From Nitrospiraceae bacterium (GTDB lineage Bacteria > Nitrospirota > Nitrospiria > Nitrospirales > Nitrospiraceae), in the NCBI GenBank assembly GCA_050246315.1, contig JBFWWG010000011.1:32001-96000 (forward strand): a stretch of 64,000 nucleotides of DNA, in the 5' to 3' direction. This document shows, piece by piece, positions 40,152 through 48,597 of the stretch. The number at the start of each line of letters is the position of its first letter. The first letter of the stretch is position 1. Under the pieces are notes generated by a model that worked only from the letters and a program-made list of their open reading frames with translations, ran no database searches and was not told the DNA's origin. The position numbers were made by a program, and so were the translations under genes.

Positions 40152-41921
40152 TCAATGGCCCGGCGGCACGCGACGTGGCTCGCTCTCTTGAGGGCGAGGA
40201 GGCACCTTCACCATCGCTTCGTTCGCCAGGAGGCTATATCCACCATGTGCCAACAGCACTTCATAGGATTCGGTTTCCGGCGGCAGTTTGGATTTCAGCC
40301 TGGTGGGGAGCAGGATGATGGTACGGCCTGGCAAGGTCAGGTAGGGCTTCAGTTTGTCCTCTTCGCCTGGGCGAATCACGATGGTCTTGCGGCGGGCGTA
40401 GAAGATCCACGAGGGCTTGTGCGGTCCATAGGTCACAAAACGGTCGTTCGGTCCGAGGTTCAATCCGGCGATAGTCGCCAACTGTTGCGGAGGACCGAGG
40501 AAAAACTGTTGGAAACGGGGACCGGTGACATGAAGCAGGATGAGGATTACCGCGCCGATTGAACAGGCCATCACCCAGAACATCCCCGCTCGGCGGGTTT
40601 CCGACCGACCAAAATAGCCGGCCAATGAGGTGCCGAGCAGAAGCACGACGCCGGCCGCGACGGGTCCGAGCCCCGGGGTCGTCATGCCGGCCTGCGGAAA
40701 TTCCTTTTCAACCTGTGACACAAAGGTTTCATACACATAAGGGGCCGAGGCCAGCCCGATCGCAAGGAGATACCCGATGAGGGTGGTCAGGTGCAGTGCA
40801 CCTCGGGCGCCCGGGCTCTCTACCTGATCGAGCGAGCGTCGCCACAGCCCGGCCGCCAAGATCGCCGCGGCAGGCAGCACCGGACCGATGTAATGCGGGA
40901 GCCGCGTTGCCGAGAGCGAAAAAAAGATCACGATCGACAGGCACCACCAGGCGGCGAAGGACTCCAGGGACGGTGGCGATTCGGAGGTGTCCCCGTCGCC
41001 GGCACGATCCGAGTAGGTCCGACGTTGGGTCCACCAGCGCTTCAGATTCTGGATGAAGGAGAAGACGAACCAGCCCGACCAGGGAAAGAACCCGAGCAGC
41101 AACACGGGGAGGTAGAAAAACACGGTTCCACCGTGCCCGCCGATCGGGTTGAGGAATCGGCCCACCGTATCGGCCTGCGCCGAGGTGGTGTAGTTGGAGC
41201 CGTGGAGCCAGAGCATGCCGGCATACCAGGGGAATGCCAAACTGGCCGTGAGGATCAATCCGGCAATCGGATGTCCGTGCGCTCGATAGTCCACCCACCG
41301 TCTGGCGGCTGTAAGAAAGGCGCCCGCAGCGACGAGGGGCACCAGCAACCCGACCGGCCCCTTCGTCAGTGTTGCGAAGGCCATACCGATGTAAAAGAGC
41401 CAGATGGCCCGCCTGGTCCGTCCCTCGCCATACAGACCCAGCCAGAATCCGAATAGTGAAAGCGTGGTGAAGAAGATCAGAACGCTGTCCGTCAGCGCCA
41501 TACGATTGATCGCGACCATTTCAATGTTCAGCGCCAGCATCAGGGCCGCCGCCAGTCCGATCCAACGGTCTTGCGTTCTGGTCACGAAGAGATATTGCAA
41601 CAGCACAAGCAGCAGTCCGAACAGGGCCGCATGCAATCGTGCGGAAAACTCGTTGACGCCGAAGAGCAGATAGGCCGTGCTCATGACCCAATAGGTGAAT
41701 GCCGGTTTGGCGAAGCGAGGCTCGTAATTGAGCGTAGGACTCATCCATTTGCCGGTTTCCACCATCTCCCGAGCGGCTTCCGCGTTGCTGCCTTCGTCTC
41801 GGTCGGTGAGCCCCAAGGCTCCGAGCCCTGCGAAGTACAGCAGCCCAGAGATCGCGATCAGGAGGAGCATATGGAACAGGGCGGGTGTTCGGTTCATCGG
41901 GAAAGGCTCGGGCTGTTGCAT
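40152..41921 (-). CDS. ArnT-like GT-C glycosyltransferase
   Basis: DRDEGSNAEAAREM, KPAFTYW, LTKGPVG and PHYI motifs; many TM helices. Confidence 0.9.
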   Translation of the reverse strand: MQQPEPFPMNRTPALFHMLLLIAISGLLYFAGLGALGLTDRDEGSNAEAAREMVETGKWMSPTLNYEPRFAKPAFTYWVMSTAYLLFGVNEFSARLHAALFGLLLVLLQYLFVTRTQDRWIGLAAALMLALNIEMVAINRMALTDSVLIFFTTLSLFGFWLGLYGEGRTRRAIWLFYIGMAFATLTKGPVGLLVPLVAAGAFLTAARRWVDYRAHGHPIAGLILTASLAFPWYAGMLWLHGSNYTTSAQADTVGRFLNPIGGHGGTVFFYLPVLLLGFFPWSGWFVFSFIQNLKRWWTQRRTYSDRAGDGDTSESPPSLESFAAWWCLSIVIFFSLSATRLPHYIGPVLPAAAILAAGLWRRSLDQVESPGARGALHLTTLIGYLLAIGLASAPYVYETFVSQVEKEFPQAGMTTPGLGPVAAGVVLLLGTSLAGYFGRSETRRAGMFWVMACSIGAVILILLHVTGPRFQQFFLGPPQQLATIAGLNLGPNDRFVTYGPHKPSWIFYARRKTIVIRPGEEDKLKPYLTLPGRTIILLPTRLKSKLPPETESYEVLLAHGGYSLLANEAMVKVPPRPQESEPRRVPPGH

Positions 41922-41946
41922 CGGGATCGGGATGGCGGTCGGGCGA

Positions 41947-42255
41947 TCACGTTTTCGAAACCGGAGGGGAAATGGATTCGGCCACGGGAGTGCGCGATGG
42001 CCGGTGGATGAGCATCAGGTTTCGGAGGTAGACGAAGCTACCGACGCTCTGTCCGGCGATGAAGACCGGATCCTTACGGTAGATGGCATAGGTCAGCGTG
42101 ATCAGCCCTCCGATGAGGCTCATGTACCAGAATGCGAGTGGAACGCGGCTTTGGGCGCTTCGTTCCGAGGCCAGCCATTGCACGACCCAGCGCATGAAAA
42201 AAAGACCTTGGCCGAAAAAGCCGATCCCCAACCAGGTGAGTTCGGTGGTCGACAT
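41947..42255 (-). CDS. LAB_N (lipid A biosynthesis N-terminal) domain membrane protein
   Basis: GFFGQGLFFMRWVVQWLASE, VPLAFWYMSL, DPVFIAGQ and YLRNL motifs. Confidence 0.9.
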   Translation of the reverse strand: MSTTELTWLGIGFFGQGLFFMRWVVQWLASERSAQSRVPLAFWYMSLIGGLITLTYAIYRKDPVFIAGQSVGSFVYLRNLMLIHRPSRTPVAESISPPVSKT

Positions 42256-42264
42256 GGGGAAAGG

Positions 42265-43029
42265 TCAGGCGCGCGAGGAGGAGGCCGGTGAAGGGCGCAA
42301 TCGATACCGCAGGACACGCCGATGCATCCAGCGTACGGCAAACAGATCGTAGAGGCCTCGAAACAGGCGATTGCCGACTCCATATTTGGAGAGGCCGTGC
42401 GCGCGCGGGTGGTGCCGTACCGGGACTTCGGTCACGGTAAATCCGTACATGAGGGCCAGGGCCGGGAAAAATCGATGCATGCCTTCGAACAACTGAAGCC
42501 GTTCGATCACGGCGCGCCGAAAGATTTTCAAGGAGCAACCCGTGTCGTGGATTCGGTCGCCGGTCACCGCGCTCCGCACGGCGTTGGCAATGCGGGAGGA
42601 AATCATGCGCACGATGTTGTCGTGGCGATTCGTCCGCCAGCCGCAAACGAGATCATATTGTAGGCTGTGCGGCAGGAGCGTGGTGATATCCTCCGGGTCG
42701 TTTTGCAGATCTCCATCCATGGTGATCACGAGCGCGCCGGAAGCGCGCTTGAACCCGGCGTCGAAAGCCGAGGTCTGTCCGTAATTGCGATCGAAATGGA
42801 GCACCGCGACCGACTCATACTGTTCTGCTAATCGGTCGAGTAGAGGGGCGGTTCCGTCGGTGCTGCCGTCGTCCACGAACAGGATTTCATACGGCGCCGT
42901 CCGAGAGGCCTCATGGGTCTGAAGCACCTTCAGCAAGTGCTCCGTGAGGGGGACCACATTGTCCCGCTCGTCCTTGACGGGAATGACCACGGAGGCCCAC
43001 GGACGCGACGATTCACTGATGGCGGACAA
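42265..43029 (-). CDS. GT2 polyprenyl-phosphate glycosyltransferase (ArnC/DPM-like)
   Basis: VDDGSTD, RNYGQ, MDGDLQNDP, DTGCSLK and HRFFP motifs. Confidence 0.92.
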   Translation of the reverse strand: MSAISESSRPWASVVIPVKDERDNVVPLTEHLLKVLQTHEASRTAPYEILFVDDGSTDGTAPLLDRLAEQYESVAVLHFDRNYGQTSAFDAGFKRASGALVITMDGDLQNDPEDITTLLPHSLQYDLVCGWRTNRHDNIVRMISSRIANAVRSAVTGDRIHDTGCSLKIFRRAVIERLQLFEGMHRFFPALALMYGFTVTEVPVRHHPRAHGLSKYGVGNRLFRGLYDLFAVRWMHRRVLRYRLRPSPASSSRA

Positions 43030-43158
43030 GGAGCATTCCCGGGTAGGCGGTGAGCCGACGATATCGATGCATTCTATCGAATGACTCCAGGAGGGTCAAA
43101 CCATGCGGGTGGTGGAGCGCTCCTGCCGGCCCATGATGCGCAGGGCGTGAACGGGCGG

Positions 43159-43767
43159 CTATGGTGCGTGGGAGGCGGCCGTCGTGCTGATCGTGAATCG
43201 CACGGTCCCGAACATGGTGACGTCATTGATGGCTTCACCGGCATAGATCTCGACTTTATAACGGCCGGGTTTCCAACCACCGACAGGAGGAAGGAGTTGC
43301 AGGTATCCGCTCTCGTCTTCAGAGACGATCTGCATGACGTCCCGGGTTACCACGGTCTTGGAGTCGAGCCCCTCCACCGACTCCGGGAAGCAGAGGCCAA
43401 AGACCTTGAAGAACTGATAGTGCTGGTGCAACTGAAAGACGACATACACGGCGGGGGCATCGGGAGGAAACGTCTCGCGTACATTGATCGGCACGATCTC
43501 ATGGGTTCGTCGAAACCCGGGTTCCTCCTCGTATCCCTGGGCGGTCTGGATCGAGCGAAACATGCCCTCGGGAGGTGCATCGAAATTGTACGTCCGCGTA
43601 TCTTCCGGGCGGTTCTGAAATTCCGGGATCGGGACATTCGGGGTCAGTTGCAGATCTTCCGTATGACCGTCCGTGGCGGCGCACAGGAAGGCCGAGACGG
43701 ACAGGCCGATCCCCAGCAGCCAGGTTGCCGTTCGGCGGGATGTTCTGCGATGAGGGCTCCGCACCAT
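43159..43767 (-). CDS. Exported hypothetical protein with beta-sandwich-like C-terminus
   Basis: Signal-like segment and WKPGRYKVEIY; same orientation as the GT2 operon. Confidence 0.65.
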   Translation of the reverse strand: MVRSPHRRTSRRTATWLLGIGLSVSAFLCAATDGHTEDLQLTPNVPIPEFQNRPEDTRTYNFDAPPEGMFRSIQTAQGYEEEPGFRRTHEIVPINVRETFPPDAPAVYVVFQLHQHYQFFKVFGLCFPESVEGLDSKTVVTRDVMQIVSEDESGYLQLLPPVGGWKPGRYKVEIYAGEAINDVTMFGTVRFTISTTAASHAP

Positions 43768-43982
43768 GCCTCTTGGTACACTGGCCCCGGACCGGTGTCA
43801 AGAAAGCCTGTCGAGCAGATCGTCGAAGCATCTCGATTCCGATAAGCCGGTGGGAGCGGGGAGGCGAGAGCCATCGACAAGGTGGGTGGACGGCAGGCAG
43901 AAGGGGACGTTGCTGGCCCAAAAATCCATTTGTTACAATGCCTCCCGTCTTGGGGACCTCTCAGGAAGAAAGGCACAAAACT

Positions 43983-45398
43983 ATGCTGCAAGATACCGAA
44001 GTTGTCCCACAACCGCTCGGCGAATATCAGCCGGTTGACCAGTGGCAAGCCCATGTCAACGATCTGTTCCATCAATTGCGGGGCGAGCGTGCGACCGAGT
44101 ATTTTCAGACCTTTACCTCGTCCGATTATCGCCTCGCGCACGCCTTGGCGGCGGACTATGTGGAGCGCGTCAGGTCGCGGGATCGAAAATGGACGGACGA
44201 GCGGCGATCGGCGCCGCTGGTCGTGCACGAATGGGGCGCCAGCCACGGCAATCTCGCCGCCTGCTTCCTGTCTCACGTCAAGTCGCTGGACCAATCGGGC
44301 ACGATCTATCCGCGTATTCGGTACGTCTTGGTGGATCTGCGGCCCCAGGCGCTGGCACGCGCGCTGGCGCACCCGGATCTCGCCGGCCACCTCGACCGAG
44401 TCGAGACTATCTGCGGGAACGTCGAGGACCTGTCCGCGGTCGAGGCAGGGACGGTCGATCGCATCTTTTGTAACGAACTCTGGAACGAACTGCCCACCAA
44501 GCTCATGACCAAGAAGGAGGGCGAGGTCGAAGAGGAACATGTGCGGCCGAATCTCAGTGAGGCGAAGCATCTCGCCATCACCGATTGGTCCGGGTTCATC
44601 CGTGCGTTTACGAAGAAAGATGCGGCGGCGCTGTCCGAGTTCCCGCCCTTCTTCGAAGATGTCATTTGGGAGCGCGAGTATCGCAAAGTCGAATGGAAGG
44701 AGGTGCCCTACCGGAAAACGATCATGGAGTTCCTGAAGCAGATCGACGAGCAGGTGCTCGTGCCGGTTAATTTAGGCGCCGTGGCCACGGTGAAAGAAGC
44801 GAAGCGCTTGTTGAGGCCCGACGGCCTTGGATTCAGCAGTTTCGATGCCGGAACCGCTGATCTGGCCGTGCTCAATAACCCGGAGAAACCGTGCTCAGGG
44901 CAATTCGGCGGCCTTTACAGCGTCATGGTCAACCTGGCGCTGGTCGGAGCGATCGCCAATCATCTGGGTATCCGAGAGGTGCTGGTCGAGCCGCAGCGCG
45001 AGTTTGTCGGCAGGAGCCTCGGCGTGAACGTGATCACGCTCACGGATCTCTTGGCGACGCACCGCAAGGCCAAGGATCTGGTGAAGTGGGAACAGGACCG
45101 GTTGATCGTGCAGACCATCCGCGCATTGAACGAGTCCTACCACAGTCCCTATCGACGGACGATGCACTTTCCGCTGTCGCCCGATTTTCCGCAAGAGGAA
45201 CGGGAAGCGGTTCAGGGCGCGCTGCTGTCCCTGAAGCAGGATGGGGTGCCGGACACCGTCGCCTATCTGACGGAAGAAGAAATTCTGGCCAGCCTGCGGG
45301 ACTTGGAAGCGTTGGGATACGAGCGTGACGAAATCGATATTGTTTGGAGCATCCCACCGGCCGGCGTAGACTACGCGCATTGGTCATTTTCTTCCTAG
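43983..45398 (+). CDS. SAM-dependent methyltransferase, MidA/NDUFAF7-like
   Basis: VHEWGASHGNLA, YVLVD and FCNELWNELP motifs. Confidence 0.7.
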   Translation: MLQDTEVVPQPLGEYQPVDQWQAHVNDLFHQLRGERATEYFQTFTSSDYRLAHALAADYVERVRSRDRKWTDERRSAPLVVHEWGASHGNLAACFLSHVKSLDQSGTIYPRIRYVLVDLRPQALARALAHPDLAGHLDRVETICGNVEDLSAVEAGTVDRIFCNELWNELPTKLMTKKEGEVEEEHVRPNLSEAKHLAITDWSGFIRAFTKKDAAALSEFPPFFEDVIWEREYRKVEWKEVPYRKTIMEFLKQIDEQVLVPVNLGAVATVKEAKRLLRPDGLGFSSFDAGTADLAVLNNPEKPCSGQFGGLYSVMVNLALVGAIANHLGIREVLVEPQREFVGRSLGVNVITLTDLLATHRKAKDLVKWEQDRLIVQTIRALNESYHSPYRRTMHFPLSPDFPQEEREAVQGALLSLKQDGVPDTVAYLTEEEILASLRDLEALGYERDEIDIVWSIPPAGVDYAHWSFSS

Positions 45399-45570
45399 TC
45401 CACATTTCTTATGACGGTTCACCCGTTGCCTATTCAGAGCAACGGGTGAACCGCGGCGTATCAGCGGGTGCAGTCGAAGCGTTCATGAATCAGGTGGGCT
45501 CGCACTGTTCCCTTCCGGTTCGCCGGCGCCTTCCCGATAAAGCCAACCGTTGCCACCGGAGCCGCCCCCC

Positions 45571-45599
45571 TTGACTATTTGCGTGAGTTTCTTTAGCCT
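45571..45599 (+). promoter_or_regulatory. Sigma70-type promoter upstream of tatA
   Basis: TTGACT-N17-TAGCCT. Confidence 0.55.
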
Positions 45600-45751
45600 T
45601 CCCGCGCCAAGGGGAGATGTCCCTCGAACGAGGGGATGCTCGGTCGAGAAGTCGGCCAAACCCCGTCATTTTGGCATCAGGCACACGGCCGATGACCTGA
45701 AACGTCGGGAATCCGAAACAAGACATCTAACAGAGATACGAGAGCCACGCG

Positions 45752-46018
45752 ATGTTCGGTTCATTCGGATGGATGGAATTGCTCCTGATTTTGGTCATCG
45801 TGCTGATCATTTTCGGGGCTGGGAAATTGCCGCAGCTAGGCGAGGGACTCGGGAAGGCCATTAAGGGATTTAAGAAGACGGTCCACGAGCCGGATGCCAT
45901 CGATGTCACACCGGCCGGCGAACCGCCTCCCCCGGCGGCTTCTCCGCAAGTCACCCAGCAGACTCAAGCCGGGGCGCCCGCTGAGTCCGCCACGCAGCAT
46001 ACGGTCAAGCAAGGGTAG
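45752..46018 (+). CDS. tatA: Twin-arginine translocase TatA
   Basis: [36 protein letters not shown]. Confidence 0.93.
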   Translation: MFGSFGWMELLLILVIVLIIFGAGKLPQLGEGLGKAIKGFKKTVHEPDAIDVTPAGEPPPPAASPQVTQQTQAGAPAESATQHTVKQG

Positions 46019-46073
46019 GATCCGGATACGCAGACCTCGGGGCGTCGGATAAAAAGGAACAAGGTCTTCCGAC

Positions 46074-46364
46074 ATGTTTGGCCTGGGGGCTGGAGAAATT
46101 CTCATTATTCTGGTGATTGCGTTCCTGCTGTTCGGCCCGAAGGAGCTGCCTGAAATCGGCCGGCAGGTTGGGAAGGCGGTCAAAGGATTCAAGGAGACTG
46201 CGGATGATCTCCGCAAAACGGTCGAGCCGGAAATCAATCTGATTCAGTCAGAAGTGAAGCTCGCCCAGCAAGACATCGAGATGTCGATCAAGGAAGCCGA
46301 GCAAGAAATCACCAACGCCACACAGGAACAAGAGCAGAAGACCGAGCCGTCGAAGCACGCTTAA
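46074..46364 (+). CDS. Second TatA/TatB-family subunit
   Basis: MFGLGAGEILIILVIAFLLFGPKELPEIGRQVG and a long amphipathic helix. Confidence 0.88.
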   Translation: MFGLGAGEILIILVIAFLLFGPKELPEIGRQVGKAVKGFKETADDLRKTVEPEINLIQSEVKLAQQDIEMSIKEAEQEITNATQEQEQKTEPSKHA

Positions 46365-46710
46365 GGGCGTCAAATTCGATGGAAGAAGCAGATCCACACC
46401 ATTCACCAAGACTCACGATGACCAACGAAGGGGGGTGACGTTGGTTCGTTCGTCGCTGTCACGGTGTATCCTTCCCGTGACCCTGTTCTGCAGCACGAGG
46501 CTGAGGCAAGGTCACACAGAGCCTCCGTCCGTACCTTTTCTCAGTTCAGCATGCGCATCGCGTCTCGAAGGAGACGGGAAATCCCGAGAGTGACGAGGTC
46601 GTATCAGGCACCAGTGGTGTCTGAGGCATCGGCGAAGAGGATCGGCACCCGCCGTTGTCGAGCGCAGAGGTCCTATTTCATCTATCATTATCATCTACAG
46701 GAGGAGCGCT

Positions 46711-48369
46711 ATGAGTAAACGTGGCTTGCTCTGGCTGGCGGTAGGGGCACTACTGCTGGGGGGTCCGGTGAACCTCGTCTTCGCTGATCCACCGGTCGCC
46801 GACAAGGTGATCGACAAACCGACCAACGTCAAGGCGGTGCCGCGGGGGATGCCCGACTTGATACCCTACTGGAACTTCGATCCTCCCAAGAGCCCCCTCT
46901 TCGATCTTAAGAACTTTACAGTCAACGGTGACATGAGGGTCCGTCCCGAATTGCGGACCAATGCCAATTTCGGCGTCTTGCAGGGCGCCACGCCGGGCAG
47001 ATTTAGCGGAGCCAACGATTGGTACGTGCAACAGTGGATGCGAATGGGATTGAACTATGCGCTTTCACCCGACGTGGACTTCTTTGCGCAACCCCAGTGG
47101 GCCAAGAATTGGGGTGCAGCGAATAACACCAACGGCTCCGGAGCCGGTTGTCAAGCCGGCGGCAGCATCTGCGCGAACGATCCGTTCAATAACGGGCAGG
47201 CGGACAGTTTGTTCCTCCGCCAGGCCTTCATCATGATCCGCAACGTAGGCATCCAGGGACTCAGCCTCAAAGCCGGTCGTCAATTGGTGGTCATGGGCGA
47301 TCACCGGTTGTTCGGCCACTTCGATTGGGCGAACACGGGCTATTCGCACGACGGTGTGACGTTTCAGTACCAGCAGCCGACCTGGGAGTTCTGGGGCGGC
47401 TGGTTGATCCCGATGGATCAGGATTTCAACGGATTTGGCGCCCAGAGCACCTCCTTTGGTGTGATGCCTCAAGGCTGTCAACCGCCTGGGTCGACGGGAG
47501 GCTTTAGCTGTTCTGCGAAGGCCGGTGCGCAATCCGATTTGTTCTTCGCAAGGTTGGCATTCAAGCCCTTGCCGGGCCTCGCCATCGAACCCTTGTGGGT
47601 CTGGCAACGCAATGGGGCAACGCAGCAAGGGTCAGTGACAAATCCGGTGGCCGCTCCGAATGGTGTTCTTGCAGCCCACGCGAACGGCCAAAGCCGTCAG
47701 ACGGTCGGGGCTCGGGTGGCGTTTCGCAAGAGTATCGTCGACGTGTCGGGCGAAGGCTACTGGCAATTCGGCCAGATGGATATCGGGCAATCCGGCCAAC
47801 GAGCCAGTATCAATGCCTATGCCTTTGCGGCGGAAGGCGGTGTGACCTTGCCGATTCCCTGGGCCCCACGGGTCGGCCTCGAGTTCAACATGGCCTCCGG
47901 CGACGGCGACGCATTGAATTGTACGGCTTCTAACCCGGCCGGTTGTAACGGCACCGCCAACACGTTCGAGAACCTCTACCCGACAAACCACATCGTGATG
48001 GGATATGCGGACGTGATGGCCTGGAGGAACATGGTGGCCTACAGCGCCAGTCTACAGTTCATTCCGTTCAATAATACAGCCAACCATTTCGAGTTCCGCT
48101 ACTGGAACTTCCGGAGGCAGACGAGCGGAGACTGTTGGTACCGTGCCGCGCAGAATTGCTACTTTGCGCCGGCCAATTCCAACACCGCCAACCACCTGAC
48201 GGATGAAATCGACTTCATCTACACGCTCTTCTTCAAGAACAACAAGGTGGCCTGGCAGATGGGCGCCAGCTACCTGTTTGCGGGCTCCTTCCTCGACAAT
48301 CAGGCCGGCCCTGGCAATACAGCGGTCAATCAAACCTGGGCCTATACCCAACTGCATATCAACTTCTAA
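46711..48369 (+). CDS. Alginate-export-family outer-membrane beta-barrel porin
   Basis: Signal peptide, MRVRPE, LRQAF, KAGRQ, FENLYPTNH and terminal YTQLHINF; strong AGGAGG RBS. Confidence 0.85.
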   Translation: MSKRGLLWLAVGALLLGGPVNLVFADPPVADKVIDKPTNVKAVPRGMPDLIPYWNFDPPKSPLFDLKNFTVNGDMRVRPELRTNANFGVLQGATPGRFSGANDWYVQQWMRMGLNYALSPDVDFFAQPQWAKNWGAANNTNGSGAGCQAGGSICANDPFNNGQADSLFLRQAFIMIRNVGIQGLSLKAGRQLVVMGDHRLFGHFDWANTGYSHDGVTFQYQQPTWEFWGGWLIPMDQDFNGFGAQSTSFGVMPQGCQPPGSTGGFSCSAKAGAQSDLFFARLAFKPLPGLAIEPLWVWQRNGATQQGSVTNPVAAPNGVLAAHANGQSRQTVGARVAFRKSIVDVSGEGYWQFGQMDIGQSGQRASINAYAFAAEGGVTLPIPWAPRVGLEFNMASGDGDALNCTASNPAGCNGTANTFENLYPTNHIVMGYADVMAWRNMVAYSASLQFIPFNNTANHFEFRYWNFRRQTSGDCWYRAAQNCYFAPANSNTANHLTDEIDFIYTLFFKNNKVAWQMGASYLFAGSFLDNQAGPGNTAVNQTWAYTQLHINF

Positions 48370-48386
48370 GGCAAGTCCGTCTGCTG

Positions 48387-48418
48387 GTCCCGCCGGGGAG
48401 CTGTCTCCCCGGCGGGAC
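48387..48418. terminator. 14-bp GC stem-loop after the porin, between convergent genes
   Basis: GTCCCGCCGGGGAG-CTGT-CTCCCCGGCGGGAC; no T tract. Confidence 0.55.
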
Positions 48419-48597
48419 TCGTCCGTCCGCGATAGCCGATCAGCGGGAGCCTCAAAGGTCATTCGTCAATCGAACATGCAGGTTCCACATCAGGTCCTAT
48501 CGATCTCGACGATCGATGCCCGACGGATGATGCTTGTCGCATGACGGCCAAGCCGAGCGGCCGGAGTGAGGCTGCTGGACGTCCTCCACCCGCTTTA

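Noticed and set aside
43081..43845. 254-aa plus-strand ORF
   Set aside because: The minus-strand ORF 43159..43767 has a signal peptide and fits the operon direction better.
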